A stretch of DNA of 64,000 nt from Ascidiella aspersa (taxonomy: Eukaryota): the NCBI GenBank assembly GCA_963924565.1, contig OZ004607.1:27032001-27096000 (forward strand), read 5' to 3'. Made by a program: the position numbers and the translations under genes. The notes under the pieces were generated by a model. It did no database searches, was not told the origin of the DNA, and saw only the letters and a list, made by a program, of their open reading frames with translations. Each line of letters opens with the position of its first letter. Positions within the stretch are counted from its first letter, which is position 1. Below, one piece after another: positions 24,760 through 39,700 of this stretch.

Positions 24760-27700
24760 ATGAATTCACAATACCTATTTAGCCAGAAGCTCTTTCCTGA
24801 CACTCAACAGTTAGCTGCGGAACTCGGCCCAACTCCTCCAAAGTTGTTTTCTCAGAACACACAGCAAAAATATGGAACATTTACTTCTCGAGGTACTATA
24901 AGCTATGATTGTCATCAGATAACACTGGTCAACACAAAATTTCCGGTTTTGACTTTGAAAACTGATTTAGAGTAACTTGTGGGCTCTGATTTCAAATCTG
25001 TAATTAGTTTTTTGTCTAACACGTAAGGATTTTAAGATAAGTCGCATCCTCTAAAACAAAAATTTAACTTTTTGGTCCAAAAATGTAAACACATTCTAGA
25101 TCCTACTAGACAGTTACCTATAGTTGATGGCATATCTGTACGTTGACGAGCAAATAGGTCTATTCATAAATATAATTTATGTATGTAAGTTAACATTTCA
25201 CTCAAATAAAATACGGAAACGTTCAATGACGAACAAATTTTCTTTTCAATGATTCTCTGTTGTAGGATGCTTTTTAAATAACTCTTTTTAAACTCCAGCA
25301 ATAGTCTGCAATCATGTGACATTTTTATCGCGCTTGGTAGCGCTCTTCAATTTTTTTAATGTTTGGTGAAAACGTTCCTCCTGCTCCTTACCGACGCTGC
25401 CAAAGTTTTGGGGAAATAAAGTAACCGATAGCTTTAAAGCTGGAGAAAATATTGCAACAGATCTTTGTAATTGTCAGTTTTCTAGTTTTCAAAAAATCTG
25501 TGTATAACTTCAATAAAAGCTTTCAAAGCTTTAGCTTCCTTTGAAGACATGTGACAATAAATTTAAGTCTTTTGGTAATTGTAGAATTTAACGTCCATTG
25601 AATATTCCAGCATTTAGTTTTTTTAACCAAGAAAACTTTAAGCTGATACATTTGCGGCATTCTCCATGAAAGTTGATAGCTTTAACATATTACTTAATGA
25701 GCCCAAGTTTGATATGCGAAGGCGGAAGAATGATCTTTTCTGCTGTCATCAGTAGTTCATGGCTGATATCAGGTTAAACTATCTTTTTCAAGAGGAACAC
25801 ACATTTTAAGTCCAATGTTTCTGTTTGGATCCTAATAGCAAAAGAAAATCCCAAGACCAAAAAAGCAGGAGTACTTCATCTATCCATGTCAACACAGATT
25901 TGCCAACCATATTGCTCATAGTTTAATTTGTTTAAAGCAAGCTTGATTTTATTTTAGAGTAACTGAGAGTGCAATAGGAATGGAGCACAATTGGTTGTGA
26001 AGTAAGACACACTTAAAACTGGGTTGTGAGCGGTCTCTAAAAGCCTCCATTCCTCAGAATTGTATCATGGCAATATAACGAAACAACTTATGAAAAATAA
26101 TTAAAAAAGCATTTATTCTTTCTTCCTGTAAAATGTTACGCTGGTAGGCCTATCTGGATACAAAAGACGTTTTTCTAGCAATCTTTAAGGCAACTATTCT
26201 GCAGACTGTTCAGAGAAATCCAGATCTTTCACCAGTTCATTTAACTCCAGCTGATTAAACAACAGGGGTCCAAATTAATCAACAGGGGTCCAAATTAAGT
26301 CTACACTTGGTGTTCGTCTTGTGATAAATTTGATAAGGTCATTGTTTCTTTCATCAATTTGTGGAAGATGAATAAAAACAGGAAATGGAACTTGGTCACT
26401 ATGAGCAATAGGTCGCAAAGTATCATGGGTATTTTAAATGGGAGATGCGTCCTCTTATCCCTTCAATCAAGAAACCGTGTGACCTGATGCCATTAAAACG
26501 CTAACTCATTTGAAATTTATGGTAGGAGTGCTCTTATCTGGCTAAATTTTGTCGTATTTATTTTCCAAAACGAAAATGACAAGCATTTAGAGAGCTTTAA
26601 CACTTACGCAAACCTTTTAAGTAGTCAAACCATAATGTTGGATTGTAAAATTAAAAGTGTTCATTACTAAAAAATCTGACGTGATAGAGCAAATCTGACT
26701 TGATATTGGGATTCACCGACCAAAATTAGTCAGAATCAGTTGACAAAATCAAAACCGGACTAAAAAACATTTTTATTGTAGACCAGTGTAATTGGTAATA
26801 ATAATATATTTAAATTTAATGGCTGACAGAAACTACAGTACAGTCCATCAGAAATCTTAAAATATTTACACAACTTATTTTTGCTACATTTAATATTAAC
26901 TTTTCTTTTACAGAGGCTCTTAAGCCTATTCTCAACAAATCACCAAATTTGCCCAGGTAAATCATTATATATCTATATAATTATTTTGGTGGATAGTAGT
27001 CAGACAGGCAGTGAGTTAAACTGTTTGTTTTTCAGTTAAAACGGCTCAATTTTAAGTTTAACCTTTTATGTTAAAACAGTTTGTATGCCTTATATATATT
27101 TTTTATAACTGTACATCTGTAATGATGTAACTGCTAAAGGCTATTTGCATTTTAGAAAACCGGCAATATTTGTTGCACCACTATCTAGGACTCAAAACGA
27201 AAAACAGTTCAAATCGACATTTGATGGAAGAAATGAAAATTGTATTCCATCATCACCAATCTTACATCAAGCCAAAAAAGCCAGATTCAATGCCCCAACA
27301 AGACCTTCACAGCCTCAAGCACATCATTTTAGAAATACAAAAATTAGGAATGATAAAAGTTTTACTACTCAAGATATTAACGTTGATGATCTTCTTAGAG
27401 TTTCAGAGTTTGCGAAGATGTCCAATCACACAACTAAAAAACCAGCTCCATTTTCCTCACAATTACCATACCAAAATATATCTCCAGTCAACCTGAATAT
27501 CCTGCCTGAAATTAGTGAAGTTGAAATGATTCCTGAGACCCAAGAAGAACCACAATTTCAGTTTGAGGATGAACAAGTTAATGGTCAAAAAGATGGGTTT
27601 GCTTTTGCCCCATCATTGAAGACTCCTTCTCGATTAAACTTGCCGGCGCACCAAACACCTGGAGGCACCCTACATCATGGAATTCAACTCAGATCGGTTG

Positions 27701-30700
27701 ATGAAATCCGTATCCTTTTAACAATGCAACACTTCATATATAACTTGTGTTGTGCCCAATAGAAGCTTAATATTTTAAAGTGTAGGTACTTCTTAAAAGT
27801 TAGATATTATGGAGATTTATACTTAAAATTCTCCTACATTTAATTCAACTAGATAAAGTCAAATGTCAATAAAAGCGTGTACATTTTATCTTTTGAAAGC
27901 AGAAAATTACCTGACATTTTGCAAGACTACCTTTGTTGAAAACTTTATAACTATTTTGAATATGTTTAGAGAGGACTGTGTAATTAAATAAATGCACATA
28001 ACACAAATGGAAAGTACAGATGAAAAATTAGTTATTTATTTTTAACTATTGTTGCAATAGCATCAAAATTTCAACCAATATTCGAAGGAATTCCATATTT
28101 CAATGTTGTTCAGTCCAAGGTTAGTACTATCGATATACAATTATACATACCATAAGAGTGTTGTTGCTGTATGTGACAAACTTTACATTTTATTTTACGT
28201 TTTTAACCATTTGCTGAATAAAGGTAATACGACATATAAGTATTCCACAAATCATGCCACACATGGTCTGAGTTAAAGGTAACCTTGCAATAAGCGAAAA
28301 TACATAACAATAAATAGAGAGCAAAAATTGGAAAGAAAGAACACTTCAGTCTTACCTTATTTGAAATTCCTAGGTTTTTGATGATGCCATGTACACTGAC
28401 AATCATCTTGTTGTGTGTGCCCCCACTGGATCTGGCAAAACTCTTATCTTTGAGCTTGCCATTGTGCGACTTCTGGTTAAAAATGACGAACTTGCTGGAG
28501 AAAAGGCAAGAGGAAAAAAGCCCAAAATCGTTTACAGTAAAGCAATGACATTTGAGATTTTTTCATACTTTTTAAATGTTCTGATCCACATTTTCTCCCA
28601 CTTTAGTGGCACCAATCAAGGCACTTTGCTCAGAAAGACATGAAGATTGGACAAGAAAATTTGCTTGTCTTGATCTGGAATGCCAAGAACTGACTGGCGA
28701 TACTGACATTGATGATTTCTGGCAACTTCAGAAAGCAGATATAATTCTGACTACACCAGTATTCTAAATATGTTCCTTTTTTAATAGCTAGTGTCTAGTG
28801 GTAAAAAAAAATTGAAAACAAATTTAATATATGGTAGTGAGTAACAGCTCGCTCCGCGTCCAAAATCAAATTAGATTGAATTTTATTTAGGAAAAGTGGG
28901 ACAGCATGACACGGAGATGGAGAGACAACGCATCACTTGTAAGACAGGTTAATCTATTCCTGATTGATGAAGTTCATCTGTTGAATGATGAGATAAGGGG
29001 TGCTACAATGGAGGTAACACATTTTATTGTTCTTTTTTTCTAATCTTTTAATAATTAACCAACTATTTAGTCATTATGTAGCAAATGTTTTGTAATATTC
29101 TATCATGTTTTGTGCTAAATACCAGCATGAAAAAAAATTGCAGAACAGTTTGTGGGGAATCCGAAACCGCACCAGACTTTTGTTTTTTAAACTATTACAC
29201 TACCGGTATAACTAAGATGGGAAAAAAGTTTTCAACTAATTTAAAAAAGTTTTAATGCAACTGCATATATGTATTTAAAGCTAAAACCATGTTTTTAGTA
29301 TACCATCATTTTTCTGGAAACCTAACCTCATATAGACTATTGCAATGTGGTTATTAACATTGACCTTTTTTTTATAAATTGCAGGCAGTGGTCAGCAGAA
29401 TGAAAACAATTCAAGGGTCGATACAAAATCATTTTAATCTTCGGTTTGTGGCTGTTTCTGCTACTATTCCTAACACAGATGACATCGCTGAGTGGCTGGG
29501 ATCTTCTGACAACCCTGCCACTACATTTGAGTATGAATGTTCAACATTTGAGTATAAATATACACTTTGAGGGCGTCTTATTAAAAATAACTTTTGTAAA
29601 TTATATATTTGTAGGTTTCTAATCAGTCACATTTCATGTTTAAGTATTACAAGAAGGTTTAGTATCACATCATTTAGAAAAACTCATTTCAAATAGTTAT
29701 TATTTTTTGTTGACCGTTTAATCCAATTGAACTAAACAACAAGGGTAGAAGTTAAAAAGGTGATATTTTAAAGACCACATTTTGTTTAATTGCAGCATGG
29801 ATGAGAGTTATCGACCTGTGACTTTAAGAAAAGTTGTTCTGGGCTATCCATGGTCTTCCAATGGGTCAATATTTAAGTTTGACATAAACCTCAATTACAA
29901 GCTCGTAAATGTAATCCACACTTACTCCGATGATAAACCTACTTTAGTGGTAAGTATGAGTAAAGAAAACATATAATTAATCCCAGGTCTGCAGTTAGAT
30001 AGGCCAGTCAACGATTTTCTGTAGAAAAAAAAGAGTGATGTAAATTACCTCAATTGCCTGAAGTAGAAAAAAAATAAGAAAATCCATATTTTTAGATAAA
30101 TTGTTAAGCTGGCTTGTTAAAAAGTCAGAATATAAATTGAGTTTTTTTGTCGTAGCCATTAGATTTTCTAAGTTGTGAGTCGCAGTTCAATATACTGGTT
30201 GCCAATTCCAGCCTTTATCGGTAATTTTGGATAATTTTGCTTGTATGTTTAATGTTGTAACTCAGTAAAATTTACCAAAAATTGCTCTTTCTCATTATAC
30301 AGCAACAATCACTTATTGGTAATTAGCTGAGCTTTTGTTTGCTTTAGTTTTGTTCGACGAGAAAGGGTGTGGAACAAGCTGCATCTACTGTCATCAAAGA
30401 TGCCACTTTCGTCGCTGACGCATCGCACAAGCAAATTCTCACCAGGGCCGCCAATTCAGTTCGCAACCACCGGTGCGTTTCTTTAATAGTGACGATGTGA
30501 AATTTTGACCATCTAAATATTTTCTAGGCCTAGCTATGTCGCCGTTCTATCAGTTTTATTGGTAAACTTTGGGTTTAATATGACAATAAAACAAGTACCC
30601 CGGTTCATATTTTTTGCAGCTCTTTTTTTAAAGTGTGTAAAAGTTAATACTGTTTAAAATCACGTTTAGGTGAAATGATATAATTAGGTTTAACAAAGCT

Positions 30701-33700
30701 TAACCATAACAAAGTGTAACCAAGTCAGTAAAAAGGTAAGATGGGGTTAAAATTGTTTAATCAGTGCCTATCTGTTACTTTAATTTTTGGATAATTTAAG
30801 ATTTACAGACTTGAATAAAATTTTCTAAAAAAGAACGAGCAAACAGCTTTGTTTGCTTTTCACAAGTTAAACTTCGATAAGGCAAGTTCAGTTAATATAG
30901 GATTTATATTACTCAATTTTACGGCCATAATGGTTTAATTGTCCCAGGTTGCGTGAACTACTGTTGGGAGGTGTTGGATATCACCACGCCGGATTGGACG
31001 CACACGATCGCCACCTCGTGGAGGAGCTTTTCACCAAGGGTGACTTGCTTGTACTATGTAAGTCGTTACATTGTTCTGTGCACTGTATGTGCTGTCTGGT
31101 AGATGTAAATGGTTTATTAAAAAGAAAACGTTTAAAATAACATTGCTTGGTGGTCGAGTCATTTAATTTTTTTAAATTTAACAATAATTGGGTCTTTATA
31201 CAAAATACTGAACCGTTGATAATTGAATTAAACGTTTTGTTGAGTTGATATAGTTTTATATATCGGTTTACGAAATTAACATTTTCTTTGTATTTTAAGT
31301 TATTTATAAATCAACCTTTTGTTGTTTTACTAAGTTGACAAGTAGTAGGTACTTACGATTTCTGTCTCCCAGATCCCAGTAATATTAACTCAGCAACTAA
31401 AGCAACCAAACACAATTTTAAGCAAACCGTTAACTGTATTGTGTCACTCAAACACACTTTGAGTGACACACATCGCAGGTTTGCCAGCAAGCATTTAACC
31501 CAGTGGTTCTCAACCAGGGTGCCGCGGCCCTCTAGGATGCCGTTTTTAACGCTCGAGGGTGCCGAGAGATATTTCAAATTCTTTAGGATTCCAATTTTTT
31601 TGCTCTATTGTAAAAAAAAATTTGTGTACGATAAAAGTGCCAAAAATGAAAAAGGTTTTTCAAACTTGTTACACAGTTAAAGTGCTGTTTCAATTTTGTT
31701 ATTGTAACGTTTCATTTAACCACTCATCAAAAATAAGAGAAAGGGTGCCGCAACTATTTATAATTTCGGTAGGGTGCCGCGAGCCAAAAAAGGTGCGAAA
31801 ACACTGATTTAACCAAACGCGTTTTGCTTTCGGCAGTCAGCACCAGCACACTTGCCATGGGTGTGAACCTGCCCGCCCACCTGGTGATCATAAAGTCGAC
31901 TTGCCACTACGTGCGCGGCATGTTCCAGGAATACTCGCAAACTGAGATCTTGCAGATGACCGGAAGGGCCGGCAGACCCCAGGTACGTGACAGGACTTCC
32001 GCCAAAATAGAGCTTGAATTTTGCTTGATAACGTTGTCAATTGCGACATCTTCGAGTCGTCCTTTTTTGTTTCTTGAGCATTTGTTGTATTAAGGCAGCA
32101 TTGTTTTAAAAAGCTTTTTCTGGCGCTAAATCATTGGCGTTTTAAATGTTTTTGTTAAATCGCCCAATGATACAAAACCGGCTAATCTTATATCATACCG
32201 ATTCATGAAGGCCCAACAGTGTAAATGCGATTATGTAGCTGATAAACAGAATGTGTTTCAGGACTCGATTAGTTTTAATAAATTAGGTTTTATTGTTGCT
32301 TAAAGTCGAATATTGAATTTGTACCAGGTAAAATAGGGGCATGCGTAGAACCCCATCTTATAATATCGTAATTTTGTTCCAAGAATGTCACTTACTATTA
32401 AACTTTTCGCAGTTCGACACTTCGGCAACTGCCGTGATTATGACCCAGGAAAAATCGCGTGACCTGTATCGCAACATACTGGACGGAGCCCAGAACATCG
32501 AGAGCTCACTACACAAGTAATTTTCCACTTTTTTAGTCGAGCGCCTTCTCCCTGTCTTTGGCATAAGTAGTTCGGCGAAAGGGGGGCAAAACGTCGCTCC
32601 ATGAACAAAATTATAATACTGCTTAACGCCTTCCATGTTGTCCATATAAAAGTTATCAATAATCGGCTGTTAGTGATAATATTTGGGCACATTGATAAAT
32701 TATTTGTTTGTATTAGTTTTGTATTAGTAGTGTTTATTATTGTATATTTTGATTTTTAAATTATACTGGTTTCGAAATTCGATGTTGTCCTTCACTATTT
32801 CAAGAAGCAAAAGAAGTCCGCCAGGAAAAAAGAGAAACACTGGTCTATATAGTTGTTCACATAGGCGCCTAACTTTCAAAGTTTCTGGGCATTTTTTTCA
32901 AGCCTGTGCAAAAATGATTGGTATTCACATTATAATGTGACTAGCTCTTAGATAACAGATTTTGCGCTCTTGCACATTATGACTGAGATAAACCAATTAG
33001 CTTAGTACAACTTTCTTATAGCGGCTTTAGGCTAAAAACGTTTCCATTAAAATGGGCAAAACTTAACATTAAATCGAAAAAAATCGCATTTACGTTTAAT
33101 TAATTTTCGCACACTAACTGCGTGATTAACTTGGTCAAATTCCCAAGCGTTTTGACGCCTTGTCAGAAATCCAGGGCATCTAAAAACGCTCTGCAAACCC
33201 ACGTTTGGCGTTTATTGAACCTTTAGAAGTTTCCACTTAAGGTATACGGAAACAAGTTATTTTGTTCAACTTTAAAATTGAAAAAATGCAACATCTGACT
33301 CAGGTTTTTTTTTTTTAAAATACAATGATACTCTTCAGAACATTTTTGAATTTACGCAAAAAATATTGTCTTTCAGACACCTTATAGAACATCTAAACGC
33401 TGAAATCGTCCTCACGACGATCGGTGACGTAACCGTTGCGCTTGAGTGGATCAGGTCAACATTCCTTTACATAAGGATCCTGAAGAATCCGACTCACTAC
33501 GGCAAGTTTACGTTAACTAAAATAACTTAATTTCACCAATGTTGTGAAAATGTTTTTGGTTTCGCGTCTGTATTGTTTTGCAATTCATCGTTTATATAAA
33601 TAATGTTAGATTAGTTTTGTTAACCAGGCTGTGAGCAAATTTTTCGGGTAAAACCAAATCACCTGATTACGAAGAACTTGTTGAGTGATTGTTTTGCGCA

Positions 33701-36700
33701 TCTTAAAAACTGGGTTGTAAGGGGAATGAAGAAGTGCACTTTTTGCACAGTCATTTGGTTAACACCCCAGAATATTTAAAAACTACAAGTGAAGAGCAGG
33801 GTATACGTTTCTATCAAGATGTGAAAACTATGGTAAAAGTATACCAATGTAGGACAAATGGGTTGGTTGCCGGCTACAGTTTGTCTTTTAAGTTTATATA
33901 TAAGATTACAGAGTAGGAAGACAATTAATACAACACAATAGGAGTTAGATTTGGCAGATAAAGCCACCTCTTGATAGAAATAGAGTAGTGTTCACTGCAC
34001 CAAAGTCAGTGAAACGTCAATGTGATTTTTTTTAATAATTAAAATTCCAGTATTGCTATCAAGATGCACATGTACTGTTATTAATTTGTATTGCTTTGTA
34101 TACATAGTAATATTTAGATAATTATATATTTGTGAATGTAAATCATGCTTATTGCTACTTATTTGTTTTTACCGTCAGATATGTAATTGCGTTTTGTAAA
34201 AACAGTCAAGTGATAGACAAAATTGAGGTCACTTTTAAAATCAGGAGCCCATAATTAACCAGAAACACATTTTATTTTGTATTCAGCAAATAGAATGCAG
34301 ACTTGTGTAATAATTAATTAAATATTCAGGGTCACTCGTGTTTAAGTTTTTTGTAAGAAATACACTGACATGTTAGGGTTCTTACCACCGCTTTAGCCCT
34401 TTTTCCTCTTTTAGAAGGTGTAAAAAACGAAATGCTTTTTTGTGTTGTTGTGTTGTTTCCGGTGTCTACCTTTCTCTGATTCAATTGCCATTTTATTAGG
34501 CAGCAGGAATTTCCGATGGCGATACTACATCATTATTTTATTCCAAAATTATTATTTTGAGCAAAAAAGACAGCCGGCCGATCTAATATCAAAACACGGT
34601 ATTTCTATGGTCAATATGCAAAGGTATTGTTAACCAGGCTTTTAAGCGATAATTTGGTATTTTTCTGAATACCCTTCAGATATGATACCGGATTAGCACA
34701 GCAGCCATGGAAATCTTTGTGAGTAGGACGTGGAATATTTTTTGTACAGGTTATCCGGATGACGTCACGCGTGACGAAGTCGACCGCCGTCTGCGCGAAC
34801 TCTGCATGCGCAACCTCGACTCGCTGACGTCACTCAACCTGGTCGCCCTTGACGACGACCTTCGTTTGACCCCGTGCGAACCTGGCCGCTTGATGGCGCG
34901 ATACTGCGTCAGTTTTGAGACGATGAAGAGATTTTCGGCGCTGAGTGGAACTGAAACACTTGAAGAGATGGTTTGGAAATATTAGATTGCGTTAAAAAAT
35001 AAACTTCAGTTTTTGCAGAGTCTTTGAATACTCCCAAGGTAAAAGCATTTTAGGTTGTGGCCAGGGGCGTAGCAAAAAAATCAAAAAAGGGGGTCCCGAA
35101 TTTTCAACTTAGGGAATTCTCCTGTTTTTCGTCTGGCGTTGAGGGTGAATGACGGCATCAAATACTAATTGTAATGACTTCATAAAAAATAATCAGGCAC
35201 AGCCAATTAACGTCCAGCAAAAGCGAACCTTAAAGACGCAAAACAAACACATGCGTTGAAACTGCTAGTGTGCAATTGTTAACTTCAGGCAAAAAGCAAA
35301 TTACTTTTGCCTAACTCGACGTTTTTAGTGAGAAAAAGGGAAGAAGGCTTGACTTGCGTTGTCATTTGTCAAATATACCTTTGCTAATCAGCCAACCTGA
35401 ACGAATACCAAAACGCGAAAGAGAAAAAACATCCTGCGTTTACGGTCGACCAAACAAGGGACAAAAAACGACATTTTGCGTTTGCTTTTGTTTTCCGAAC
35501 CAGTTTTCTTTATTTGTGCAGTAAAATAATGTGTTTTACACACGTTAATAGACTAAAGTCCCGTCGGGGGAGTCTGTTCACCACAAAACGTCCGAGTATA
35601 TGCCAATTTACAGTGACACAACCTGTAGTATTATGTGTTATGCTGCTTTTGGTTAACGGCGACAAGTTTGCATAATGTGTTCGGCAAAAAATATTTCTTG
35701 TGTTTCTTTGTTTTTAAACCGCACGAGGAACGTTTACAGAAAGCATTAATGCTGCATAATAGTAAAACAACAAATTAAAAAAAAACCGTTAAGGAAGTTT
35801 GGATACCAACCTGGAAAACTAACCGTTTTTGTGGCGCCTCGCATTAGGATATGCCAAATAAACTTTTGTCCTAAACTGCTTAAATTTCATACTAACATTT
35901 CCAGATTAACTACTTAGTAACTCTGTATAAAACTGCATTTCTTATAATTGTTGTTTCCTTAGACTTAGTTGTCTAGGTAGAGAATCGTGTCTTCAAAGTT
36001 CTGGTTACGTATGCGCTAAAGGATTTTTGTACGTTTACCGGCCAGCAAGTAGCAATAGGTGAAGAATCGCTGCGTCTAGCTTAGCTGATCAGTTCACACT
36101 TAACAACTTTTTTTTTTCTTTGGATTTACCAGGATGTTTTACAAAGGCACCGCTGTCTTGTTGTTGCTATGCGGGGATTGCTGCGCAGTGCTGCAGCAAA
36201 AAATATAGCCAGTAACTTTAGGGCGCTGTGTTTATTTTTATTTTTTGATGTATGATAATTCCTGCCTGGCTACCGCTGTGACATTCAGACATCATTGACT
36301 TCGGCCTATTTAATTTGGCTGGTGCATTGAATTAATTTCTTCACCCGACACACTTCTTGACATTTTGCAGAGTTGAACCGCCCGGATTAAAGAAAACTTT
36401 AAATCTAACCCAAACCGTTTTGAATATCGTAATTTTTGAGCGTAGCCGTATACGTAACGGGTTGGTTACAGGTGAAGTATCATTTTATCGAAACAACATT
36501 AAAGACACGAAACTTTATGGTTATACATCATTTTTAAAGGTAAGAATTATTACTTGCGTGATATGCAAGTGATACAAACCCTAAAACGTTAACACATTAC
36601 GAATTTACGAGTATCCTGAAATTCCTTCTATATGTGCAGTAAAACTCTCGGGTCAATTTAGGCCTGTTATTAATAACCTGGAAGTTATATCAACATTTTG

Positions 36701-39700
36701 TGAGTTTACGCTTTGACTTGAAAAATTGACTGATCTAGTTTGTCATTCAGTTGATTTTTCACCAAAAAATATATCCTTGAAAATATCATTGCCTTGAATA
36801 TGTTTTAGATCACCTTGCTTGCGGAAAGCAACGAGTTTCAGGAGGTGACGTTACGCATGAATGAGCGTTCTGTGCTAAACAAGCTCAACATGGACAAGAA
36901 CAGAGTTACAATCAGGTGCACAACAGAATTTATTGACCAGTGTGCCCTTCGTGATTGGCGTTCATTTTAATCGCGCTTATTTATTTTTCCCGCTTGTGTA
37001 TTTTATTAATTGTTTTTGAGGATTACATCTAAATAACAATAACCAAACCATGATTTTATTTCTCCAATTTACCGTAAAACTGTGATGATTGTATTATAAA
37101 TACCTTATTTAATTTGGTTGTTTAAATAGAACAGTGTTGGGTAAATTTATCTAATGAGCAAAATGTTACTAATCGCAATACAAGTATGTCAAAAATTACT
37201 ATTTAAAAAAAAACGTATTTTGAAGCAGCTCGCCAAATTTGCCCACCTCTATAATGGCATAATAATGGGATAAAATTTGTCCCTACAAGCTTTGTATTTA
37301 CCACTTGCAATATTGAATAAAACTGAACGCTTGAATGTGATGTTATAGGATTTAACATTGGTATGACATTATCCCTGTCGTTTTTACAGATATCCGATGC
37401 AGGGTAAGATCAAGACAACCACGATGAAAGTCTCGTGTCTTATGCAGGCCACTTTCGGATGCCTTAGCATCCAGGAATTCGCCCTACAGCAAGACGTCAC
37501 AAAAATATTTCGGTAAGACCTCGAACCAGGTAGTACGTTCAAAATTATCTACTAACCACCAAAATAGGGTTTTAAAATGCGTTAAATATATTTCCTGAAC
37601 GTTAAATATATTTCCTGAAGGCTTAACATATATGCCAGTGTTTGTATACCCTTTGGTCTTTCATGGAATTGTGTCGTACCCCCTGTCTATAATGGACGAC
37701 GGAAGTAAATAAAATGTTAATGGTAGGAATTAAACTCAGTGTATTTATAAATTACGTGTTGAATGCATGCAATAAAAACAGTCTTGTAAGTTCAACGATC
37801 AGTCAATTTACTAATGGCTTTTTGTAAATTACGCATTCTTTACAAATACGCCTGAATAGCGCATAATTTCACACTGCATATCGTACCCCCTGCTTCGTAC
37901 CACCAAGGGTACACGTATATGGTGTGTAGTAGAAAGTCGAGTCTTACAGGGTCGTAATTATAACAAGTGCATGTCTCGCAGAAATTTTTTAGAAGCAATT
38001 TTCCTCTTTTTTTGACCACCATCAAATTCCTTTCTTGATGTCAAGTTACCCTGAAAGTCGTTTCACGAAAACCAGTGCTAAAAATATATATATTTATTAA
38101 AAACGTGTCTGTGTGCAGAAACGCAATCCGTATATCTCGATGCCTAGTGGAACTCTTGCTGCTCAAGAACAACTACATATCGCTGTACAACGGCACTCTG
38201 CTGAGCAAGTGCGTGAAGGCAAGACTGTGGGAGAACTCCAGGTGAAATGCCTTTGCTTGTTCTTGCAGCATCAGTATGTAAATTGGTGAAAAAACTTGCG
38301 CGACTGTTTTTGTTTCTGCTTTTGAATTTAGGAAATTTTCACATATGTAATTTGGAAGCTTTTTATCGATCAAACAACGCAGTATAAAACTTTACATTTA
38401 CTATTTTTCCTTTATAGTAATATACAGTGATGAAACATAAAGTTGCTGTCCTAATTTAGCCAAGTCGGGCTGTAGATTATAAGGGTAGGCAAAATCTTCA
38501 TTTAAAAGATGTCAGTTCCAGCAGACCAGTCAATAATATCGAATAATAGTATTATTTTATCTACATTGATTGCATAGTGCAGTGGTTAAAACTTTTTTAG
38601 TGCTTCCGGCACATTAAAAAATTTAAAAGCAAATGCGCGCCACACTTTCTATAAATAATAAACAATTTTATAACCTGATAATCGCCCATACTATATGGCA
38701 GGGGTGGCCAACCAATCAGATACCAAGAGCCGCATTTGTTACTTGGTTAACCGTTAAGAGCCACACCTTACACAAATGGAACGAAATGAATGGGCGTATC
38801 ACTCCACTTCATACGCACTTCACAAAACGATCGCGCGAAGCGCGAAAAAGGTGCCTTTATTTCGTTAAATCGACAAAATTTTAATCTAAAAGGAGAAAAA
38901 AATACACATTTCTCGAAATAATGTCGTATATTAATATTATTTGGTCATATTTTTGTGTTTATCTTGTTTCAAAAGTGTTACTAAAAACATATTGGCCTGA
39001 GGCAAACAGTCTGAGTCGAAACCTACAATAATCGATAACTTCACCAAAGGAAATCAACATGAACATAAGAGTCGCATATAACTGGGTGAAGAGCCGCATG
39101 CGGCTCGCGAGCCGCGTGTTGGCCACCCCGGCTATATGGCATCACACTGGTAAATGTCTCATTAGTTGTATTTCTAATAGATAGTGTGCACACAAATCTT
39201 GTGTTTTTACAATAAACAGGTTGTTTTTTTTTCAAATTAACAACAACGTTCCGCGCCATGCTTGGAAATCTTTTGAGGTTAATTGTTGGGCCACGACACA
39301 CAGTTTGAGAACCATATCAAAGTGTCTTAAACAACCTTACCAAGTTGGGTCCTTTTTGGCATGGGGTTAAAAAAACTTTAAATTGGAATTTGCACACGAT
39401 GTAAATAGCTTGTAGGAACTAAATTTATCTCTTCTGTCTGTCCTATCTACCTAAGACTCTTAAGTAGTATACGAAACATACCGATATAGGCAACAACGCC
39501 TAGCCCGATTTTAGCGCAAGCGCAATTCGGTTGTTTTCGCGCAGGTACGTCACAAAGCAGCTAGCCAGCATCGGCCCGGCCCTGTCCTCTTCGCTGGCCA
39601 ACGCCGGCCTCAGCTCGTTTGACCGCCTTGAGGCCACCGACCCCCGCGAAATCGAACTTGTGGTCAACCGGCACCCGCCTTTCGGCAATCAAGTCAAAGA

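Noticed and set aside
28759-28890. Second U12-type intron (donor GTATTCTA)
   Set aside because: Only a partial match to GTATCCTT, no CCTTAAC-like branch near the AG, and an ordinary T-rich acceptor.
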